Origin: an uncultured Gemmatimonadota bacterium
GTDB taxonomy: Bacteria; GCA-2686955; CAYMWF01
Reading direction: 5' to 3'
DNA length: 32,000 nucleotides
NCBI GenBank assembly: GCA_964394085.1
Contig: CAYMWF010000014.1
Span: 27,167 to 59,166, forward strand
Positions 22,899 to 29,008 of the stretch are shown here, piece by piece (within the stretch, counting starts at the first letter, position 1; every line of letters begins with the position of its first letter). The translations under genes were made by a program, and so were the position numbers. The notes under the pieces were generated by a model that was not told the origin of the DNA, ran no database searches, and saw only the letters and a list, made by a program, of their open reading frames with translations.

Positions 22899-24542
22899 AT
22901 GTTTTTCAAGGCTCGGAACCAGCTCATACTCTCTGTTCTGATCATCGTCGCTGCAGCTTTGCCTTCCGAGGCTTCTTTCGAGAGGAGGGCAGGAATCCGT
23001 GCGCTGGGTATGGGGGGCGCTTTTACCGGAGTCGCCGATGATGCTTCAGCCCCTTACTGGAATCCTGCCGGAATTGGGCGGTTTTCAGCGGTTGAATTCA
23101 GAGCCGAGTATGCCCGGCCGTTTACCGGAGCTGCAAACATTGATATCAACGATGTGGATTTTGCTTTCGCGTATCCTTTCGGTAACTGGGGAACCATGCT
23201 GGGTGGTTACGACTATCTCGGTAACTACCTGTACAATGAAGGAGTCGGGATTTTTTCATACGGCTTAGGTCTTCTCAAGCGTAAACCGCTTCTTGTCGGA
23301 TTTAATGCGCGTCTTTACAGTGTCAATTACAGCGTCGGGGGGCTTTCGTCCGTGGATGCAGGTCAGGTTAAGAAGGATCTCCTGTTTTCGAATTATGGAT
23401 TCGGTGAATCGGCTTTCGGCTTTGATCTGGGTGCTTTATACAGGTACCGGAATAAATGGACGGTCGGAGTTTCACTGTTCAATCTGAATGCACCATCGAC
23501 GAGCCTGAATCCGGACGATCAAGACGAACTTCCTCTCACTGGCCGGATAGGGATATCGTATTTATTCAAAAGGCTCACGGGAGCACTCGACCTGGAATAC
23601 AGGGATCAGTACTTCATGGACAGCAAGCCTGTATATATTCATACAGGCGTTGAGCAGGAGCTGTTCAGGAAACGACTGCACCTTCGGGCCGGTGCTTTCG
23701 GTATGGTTTCCCCCGAATTCTCACCCCGCCTTACAGCCGGATTCAGCTACAACTTCCTCAGAAGGGAATGGGTCGAATTCGGCACGGATCTTCTTGACGG
23801 CAAGGAATACCAGTATCTTAAACGGCTCTGGCTCACTCTCGAATACGGCGCGGCGTTCCCAGTTGCATCAGGTTCCTTTGAAGGCTCTTTCGGAGATCAG
23901 CGTATCGGTCTCAAAATCACATTCGACACTGCCAAGGAATACAAAAAATACATGACGCGCCAGGAACTGGAAGAAATGCTGAAAGACAAGAAGATAGAGG
24001 TCGCTCTCGATATCACCGAGTCGCTTCTCGAAAAGGAATTCGAGATCATCGAAGGTGAGAAAGAGATGATCCAGCAGGAACTCCAGGAGAGGTTCGACCA
24101 GGAACGGCAGGAGCTCATGCAAGACCTCGAGATGCAGCAGGAGCTGGAACTCGAGCAAAAACGTATAGAGCAGGATCTATTGACTGCAGGACAGCAGGAA
24201 GAGCTGGAAGAACAGATTCGTCAGTTGCAGGAGATTATCAGGCAGCAGCAGCGGGCGATCGAAATGAGCACCAAGACGAATGAAGCGCTTCAGCATCTCA
24301 TGCTTGCCGTCAGATATTATTTTCTGCAGCAGTACGGGGAGGCTGAAAAGGAATGTTATATAGCCATCGAGCTCGCCCCTCATATCGCACTGGCATACAA
24401 GCGTCTGGGATCGATTTACTACAAGCAGGGCAGGTTCAGCGATGCCAGCGCCGCATGGAAGAAGGCGCTTGATATCGATCCGACCGATGAAGAACTGCAA
24501 AATTGGCTTGAAAGATTCAGGAAAGGGAAAAATCTCGAATGA
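22899..24542 (+). CDS. outer-membrane beta-barrel (PorV/PorQ-like N-terminal signature) fused to an E/Q-rich coiled coil and C-terminal TPR repeats
   Basis: Signal 'LILSVLIIVAAALPSEA'. 'RALGMGGAFTGVADDASAPYWNPAGIG' is followed by alternating aromatic/Gly-rich strands to about aa 343. The coiled coil 'QQELQERFDQERQELMQDLEMQQELELEQKRIEQD...' spans about 23934-24269. The TPR-like tail is 'AVRYYFLQQYGEAEKECYIAIELAPHIALAYKRLGSIYYKQGRFSDASAAWKKALDIDP'. Confidence 0.7.
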   Translation: MFFKARNQLILSVLIIVAAALPSEASFERRAGIRALGMGGAFTGVADDASAPYWNPAGIGRFSAVEFRAEYARPFTGAANIDINDVDFAFAYPFGNWGTMLGGYDYLGNYLYNEGVGIFSYGLGLLKRKPLLVGFNARLYSVNYSVGGLSSVDAGQVKKDLLFSNYGFGESAFGFDLGALYRYRNKWTVGVSLFNLNAPSTSLNPDDQDELPLTGRIGISYLFKRLTGALDLEYRDQYFMDSKPVYIHTGVEQELFRKRLHLRAGAFGMVSPEFSPRLTAGFSYNFLRREWVEFGTDLLDGKEYQYLKRLWLTLEYGAAFPVASGSFEGSFGDQRIGLKITFDTAKEYKKYMTRQELEEMLKDKKIEVALDITESLLEKEFEIIEGEKEMIQQELQERFDQERQELMQDLEMQQELELEQKRIEQDLLTAGQQEELEEQIRQLQEIIRQQQRAIEMSTKTNEALQHLMLAVRYYFLQQYGEAEKECYIAIELAPHIALAYKRLGSIYYKQGRFSDASAAWKKALDIDPTDEELQNWLERFRKGKNLE

Positions 24543-25753
24543 CGGATCCCCCTGTCAGAGAGCACAGTTATTTAGCCAGGAATTACTCGAAAATCCAAAA
24601 AGGTGTATACCTGCTGTTATTACTGGCCCTGAGCGTGGCTGTTATACTGGTGATTTTCGCACTTATATCCTCTCCGGAGCAGAAATCTTATCCATTCAGC
24701 CCCGATAGTGATGAAGTTGCCAAGATGGTCTCGGTAACTGTCACGGGCTCCATCCACAGACCGGGAACATTCGAATTACCGGAAGGTTCGACTGTGTATG
24801 ATGCCCTGGTACTGGCGGGTGTCAAGAATACCGCGGACCTTGGAAACCTCGTTCTCGAACAACGCTTTGCCAGCAGTGAGAATTTTATCCATGTCGACGA
24901 AATAGAAAGGGATGAAGATGCCGCTGTAGACATGAATCCGTATATCGTACCGTTGATTGACAGTGGCGAAGACAGTTTAGAATCGAACAAAGGTAGTGAT
25001 ACCGGGGATGAAACTTCCGACATAGCCTCGTTAAACGTCGTCAATATACTTTATGTCGGAGCTCCTCATGTATTCCTTCTGGCATCTGTCGCTCCGGCGA
25101 CCGGAAACGGATCGTTTCTGGTGATCCCGCCCCAGACCCGAATTTCTCATCCCAGGTCCGGAGCCGGCAATCAGCTCAGCCACCTTTACCTTCTCGGCGG
25201 CGCCGGCTCGATTGTCGCATATGTCGAACGGCTCCTGCAATTACCTGTTCACTACTACGTGGAAGACAAGCAGGAAACGTTCATTACAACCGTAGAGCTG
25301 ATCGGAGGATTCCGAGTCAAGCTTGATAATGAAATAGCGGAGCATCTCCAAAAGGAGCCGGGATATCAAACCCTCACCGGGATGGACAGTTTTCGATTCA
25401 TTCAGTATTTCGATATATCCTCCAATGCGGATACTTACAGGAGAAGCACGCAGACCCGTATGTTGAGGTGGCGCCGATTCCTGGATTCCGTCTACGCTAA
25501 TTTTCGTGGCATGGACTGGCGTCAGACCATTCTCCTTGCAAGGCACATCATTCTCAACCTCGAGACGAACCTGGCACTGCAGGATGTTTTATATCTTGCC
25601 AGGAGCGCCAGAACCCACGGAGGGTTCAACTTCGACTTCCACCTGATTCAGGGTTCATACCAGAAGATCGGTGATAAGGTCTATTGGGAAATCGATGACA
25701 GCGTCGCCAGGATCGAGGGCTTGAAGCTTATTGAAATGGTTCTGAATCGGTGA
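24539..25753 (+). CDS. membrane-anchored SLBB-domain protein with divergent LytR-CpsA-Psr (LCP)-like C-terminal domain
   Basis: The ATG overlaps the upstream TGA (ATGA). TM 'VYLLLLLALSVAVILVIFALI'. SLBB pattern 'VSVTVTGSIHRPGTFELPEGSTVYDALVLAGV'. An acidic linker follows. LCP-like layout: 'NILYVG...FLLASVAPATGNGSFLVIPPQTRI...LYLLGGAGSIVAYVERLLQLPVHYYVEDKQETFITTVELIGGFRVKLD'. The usual Arg-containing motifs are not obvious. Confidence 0.6.
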   Translation: MTDPPVREHSYLARNYSKIQKGVYLLLLLALSVAVILVIFALISSPEQKSYPFSPDSDEVAKMVSVTVTGSIHRPGTFELPEGSTVYDALVLAGVKNTADLGNLVLEQRFASSENFIHVDEIERDEDAAVDMNPYIVPLIDSGEDSLESNKGSDTGDETSDIASLNVVNILYVGAPHVFLLASVAPATGNGSFLVIPPQTRISHPRSGAGNQLSHLYLLGGAGSIVAYVERLLQLPVHYYVEDKQETFITTVELIGGFRVKLDNEIAEHLQKEPGYQTLTGMDSFRFIQYFDISSNADTYRRSTQTRMLRWRRFLDSVYANFRGMDWRQTILLARHIILNLETNLALQDVLYLARSARTHGGFNFDFHLIQGSYQKIGDKVYWEIDDSVARIEGLKLIEMVLNR

Positions 25754-27002
25754 ACTCGACATCCCGAATCTGAGCATCCTGTTCCTTCTCGCTTTTTTTA
25801 GCCCCCAGGTAGATAACAATAGCGACCATTCCGATTATTCCTATCCCCTGGAGGATTACGATCAGGGCGCCGATCGGGTCGAGGTTGTCGAGGAGGGTTG
25901 CATTTATCCCAAGGCAGAATGTCAGCAGATAGATGAATTGCACGGCCTGCGGCTGCGTCAATCCCAGACGGACCAGCTGATGCGAGAGGTGGTTCTGATC
26001 CCCGAGGAATATGGGAGCTCCCTGTTTCAGCCTGACGTAGATTACGGAAAAAGTATCGAAAAGAGGCAGCGACATGATGAGAACGGGCATGAGCGCCGGA
26101 AAGACGAAAGAACTTTCCGGTGTTGCGAAAGTGATCAGAATGGATGCCGCGGCCAGGATGAAGCCGATAAAGAGGCTGCCGGCATCACCGAGAAAAATCG
26201 TCGACGGATAGACATTGTATCTGTAGAATCCGAGCAGCGCTCCCCCCAACGCAGATAGAAGCAGAGCCACAAAGAACTGACCGTGATGGATTGTCACAAA
26301 TGCCAAGATTCCCGTTACGATCAATGCCACCCCCGAAGAAAGCCCATCCATATTATCAAGCAGATTGAACGAATTCGTAATACCGACGATCCATGTGATA
26401 CTGATCACGATGTTAACGAGGTCGAATAATGGTACACCGCTGAAAAAAGATGTTCTGATTCCCGCTGCTACCAGTATTGATGCTGCGATTACCTGGCCGA
26501 CCAGCTTCAACCTGGCCGGGAAGTAAACACCATACAGATCATCGATAAGGCCGAGCAGGACGATCAGTGTGCTCCCTATCACCAGGGCAAAAAGCTGAAT
26601 CTTGACATACCTTACACCTTGGAACAATTCGATCGTGTGAGCCATGCTCCCGTCTAACCAGCCGGTGGGAAGAATGTAGAAGAACAGGATACAGGAAAGG
26701 GGTAAGAGACAAGCCGGACAAAAGACAGCCAGCCCCCCGAGTAAAGGTTTCACGCTTACGTGAACTTTTCTCTCTCCGGGATGGTCCACTATATCGAATC
26801 TAAAGGCGATCCACTTGCAAAGTGGAATGAGCATCAGGGAGAATATGAGCGAAATGAGGAATACGCCCGTAAAGACAATAATCTGTTCAAGATCTCTCGG
26901 CATTACACTTAATAACGGAATCAAAACCTGAATTATCAAGGATTTTCCGTTATTCTTTCTGCTGAGGACCGACATGGTCCCGGAGACGCAAACCGATACC
27001 AT
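25728..27002 (-). CDS. polyprenyl-phosphate HexNAc-1-phosphate transferase (MraY/WecA/WbpL family, Pfam Glycos_transf_4)
   Basis: Polytopic membrane protein with about 10-11 hydrophobic segments. Motifs: 'GLIDDLYG' (DD) and 'NSFNLLDNMDGLSSG' (NxxNxxDGxDGL). Its location in a glycan locus rather than a dcw cluster argues for a WecA-like initiating enzyme. The start is uncertain (alternative ATG at 26903). The 3' end overlaps the convergent upstream gene by 26 nt. Confidence 0.85.
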   Translation of the reverse strand: MVSVCVSGTMSVLSRKNNGKSLIIQVLIPLLSVMPRDLEQIIVFTGVFLISLIFSLMLIPLCKWIAFRFDIVDHPGERKVHVSVKPLLGGLAVFCPACLLPLSCILFFYILPTGWLDGSMAHTIELFQGVRYVKIQLFALVIGSTLIVLLGLIDDLYGVYFPARLKLVGQVIAASILVAAGIRTSFFSGVPLFDLVNIVISITWIVGITNSFNLLDNMDGLSSGVALIVTGILAFVTIHHGQFFVALLLSALGGALLGFYRYNVYPSTIFLGDAGSLFIGFILAAASILITFATPESSFVFPALMPVLIMSLPLFDTFSVIYVRLKQGAPIFLGDQNHLSHQLVRLGLTQPQAVQFIYLLTFCLGINATLLDNLDPIGALIVILQGIGIIGMVAIVIYLGAKKSEKEQDAQIRDVEFTDSEPFQ

Positions 27003-27101
27003 ATGTTTCTGAACGTGTCAACAAAGTGCAAAACCTTTGTCCCCGGAACAGAATTATGGTAGTTCTCTCATCGAATCACAAGGGAGCGTCCGGACTCCGG
27101 T

Positions 27102-28157
27102 TTGAACCAGGATAAGCAGCCTCTGACCATGAGCGGGGATATTCTTTTTCTGAGAAAAGGTTACCTTGGCGACATAGTTCTACTGTGCCGCCTGGTTTCT
27201 TCATTAAAAGCTAGCGTTCCCGATCTGTCGGTGGGAATCGCGACTCATGATCGTTACCGCGATCTCGTCCGCCTCTTTCCGGCGGTCGATTCATGGTTCC
27301 GTTTCCCCGACCGCCTCTCTCCGGATATTTCGACGGTTTCGGCAATAACTCCACTGGCAATTTCGCGATATCGCTGGATCCTGCCGGTCAATTACGATCG
27401 CAGATACAATGTTCTCGCGCGTCTGGTCGCTTTTCTAGGGGGGGGGAAGGTATTGGCGATGCCCGGTTCGGAATCAGGCTGGAGCTGCGGGAGCCGGCAT
27501 CGGGCCGGGTTGATCGCGGACGCGCTCCTTCCGATTGCTGATATCGATTTCTCCATAGAAATCGAACCGTTGAAGCCGGACAGGGATAGTCTGAGCAGGT
27601 TGGCTGGAATATATGATCTTCTGCAACAATCTCCGGTCGTGATTTTCCCCGGAGGAGGGGATCACCGGAAGGTTCACCCCGATCCCAGGCGCTGGGCGGA
27701 AAGGCATTTCGCGACCTTGATCGACATTCTGGATGATGCCGGTGTGGGGCCGTTGATACTCCAGGGATCCGCGGAAGAAAACAAGATTCTTTCGGATGTG
27801 GCGGCTCGCTGCAAAACGGAAGTTGTGGTTCTGTCCGGAAAACTGGGATTGGTGGAGCTTGCTTCTTTCCTTTCCCTCAGCAGGCTGGTAATCGCCGTCG
27901 ACAGCGGACCGATTCAACTGGCTGCGGCCGCGGGATGTGCCACATTGATGTTAAGCGGGCCCGTTGCGCCGGAGACGAGCAATCCGGCGGGACTCAATCA
28001 CAGGTATGTAAGAGGTTATGATGAATGTATACCCTGTTTTCCGGCTCCGAGACTGGTTGAATGCCGGGAGGGTATACCATTGTGTATGAGCAGGTTGACT
28101 CCTGAAACAGTCGCTTCGACGGTTCTGGAGATGCTCGGTTGCGGAATGGAATGTTGA
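27102..28157 (+). CDS. glycosyltransferase family 9 (heptosyltransferase-like)
   Basis: 'ILFLRKGYLGDIVLLCRLVSSLK' matches the N-terminal GT9 pattern. 'RRWAERHFATLIDIL...LSGKLGLVELASFLSLSRLVIAVDSGPIQLAAAAGCATLMLSGP' matches the C-terminal GT9 pattern. The TTG at 27102 or the ATG at 27129 could be the start. Confidence 0.8.
   Translation: MNQDKQPLTMSGDILFLRKGYLGDIVLLCRLVSSLKASVPDLSVGIATHDRYRDLVRLFPAVDSWFRFPDRLSPDISTVSAITPLAISRYRWILPVNYDRRYNVLARLVAFLGGGKVLAMPGSESGWSCGSRHRAGLIADALLPIADIDFSIEIEPLKPDRDSLSRLAGIYDLLQQSPVVIFPGGGDHRKVHPDPRRWAERHFATLIDILDDAGVGPLILQGSAEENKILSDVAARCKTEVVVLSGKLGLVELASFLSLSRLVIAVDSGPIQLAAAAGCATLMLSGPVAPETSNPAGLNHRYVRGYDECIPCFPAPRLVECREGIPLCMSRLTPETVASTVLEMLGCGMEC
27438..27446 (+). 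repeat. G9 homopolymer tract inside the GT9 gene (encodes Gly-Gly-Gly, in frame)
   Basis: Direct read: TTTCTA-GGGGGGGGG-AAGG. I traced both shifts. G10 leads to a stop at 27539-27541 and G8 leads to a stop at 27511-27513. Confidence 0.9.
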
Positions 28158-29008
28158 AAGTCCAGGCTGTTGTCATCCACTATGGAGATACGAATCTGCT
28201 TCAGAACTGTCTCTTTGCGCTGGGTAAAGCAGGTATCGGAAAAGTTGTGATTGTTGATAATTCCCAGAATCTGCCGTCGCTGGAATCACAAGGACAAATT
28301 GATGTTTCCGTGATCCGGCCTGTAGTAAACCTGGGTTTCGCGGCTGGAGTCAATGAAGCGGCAGGATCGATTACCTCCCGGTACTTTCTGGTATTAAATC
28401 CCGATACCGTAATGAACCGTAATGCTCTTGAAGAGTTGACGCGCATCATGGACGCTGAGCCCGGAACCTGGGTCGCGGGTCCGATCCTCAAGGATGAAGC
28501 AGGCAAAATCCAATCATCAGGATTCAGGACACCGTCCCCTGCCTCATTTTTCAGGCAGGCTTTCAGAATACGCAAGGGTTACAGTCAGCCTTACCGCGCT
28601 CTGGCGAGAGGGAAAAGTCCCTACGATGCCGGGTGGATTCTCGGAGCGTGTTTGCTGGTGAGAAGCGACAGGTTCAGGGAAATGGGCGGAATGGACGAAC
28701 GCTTCTTCCTTTACGGAGAAGACAAGGATTTCTGTATCAGATCCGCTCGACGGGGGGGGGGTGTGCGAATGGCTCCCGCAGCGGTGGTGAACCATGCCGG
28801 AAACAGCTCGGATCTGTCGGAAGCCGCCAAGATCACGCATTTTTTCGAAAGCCAGATTCAGTATATTCGCAAACATTTCAAAGGAACGGGGAAGATTGTC
28901 GCAACACTCGGATTATTCATCGGTGCATCCGGCAGAGCTCTGATCAACCTGCATAAACCGGAGCGCCGGTCCGTTTATTCCAGGGGAGCGAGGAGGTGCC
29001 TGTTTTGA
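28151..29008 (+). CDS. glycosyltransferase family 2
   Basis: 'VQAVVIHYGDTNLLQNCLFAL', 'LVLNPDTV' (DxD-like), 'GACLLVRSDRFREMGGMDERFFLYGEDKDFCIR' (the typical GT2 'ED' region). The ATG at 28151 overlaps the GT9 stop by 7 nt (alternative TTG at 28139). Confidence 0.82.
   Translation: MLKVQAVVIHYGDTNLLQNCLFALGKAGIGKVVIVDNSQNLPSLESQGQIDVSVIRPVVNLGFAAGVNEAAGSITSRYFLVLNPDTVMNRNALEELTRIMDAEPGTWVAGPILKDEAGKIQSSGFRTPSPASFFRQAFRIRKGYSQPYRALARGKSPYDAGWILGACLLVRSDRFREMGGMDERFFLYGEDKDFCIRSARRGGGVRMAPAAVVNHAGNSSDLSEAAKITHFFESQIQYIRKHFKGTGKIVATLGLFIGASGRALINLHKPERRSVYSRGARRCLF
28752..28761 (+). repeat. G10 homopolymer tract inside the GT2 gene (in frame)
   Basis: Direct read: CTCGAC-GGGGGGGGGG-TGTGCG. Traced shifts: G9 leads to a stop at 28788-28790. 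G11 switches to the frame that ends at 28956, replacing the C-terminal ~80 aa. Confidence 0.9.

Noticed and set aside
25938-26258. 106-aa plus-strand ORF inside the WecA-like gene
   Set aside because: It is antisense to a polytopic membrane protein with clear MraY/WecA motifs. It is highly charged (Arg/Glu-rich), as expected for the complement of hydrophobic codons.
27474-27917. Overlapping alternative-frame ORFs in the glycosyltransferase genes: 27474..27917 minus, 27293..27541 plus, 28544..28876 minus, 28633..28956 plus, 29499..29933 minus, 30528..30929 minus
   Set aside because: All lie within confidently assigned GT genes and show no family motifs. Two of the plus-strand ones are simply the frames entered after a +/-1 slip at the poly-G tracts, as noted in the phase-variation finding.
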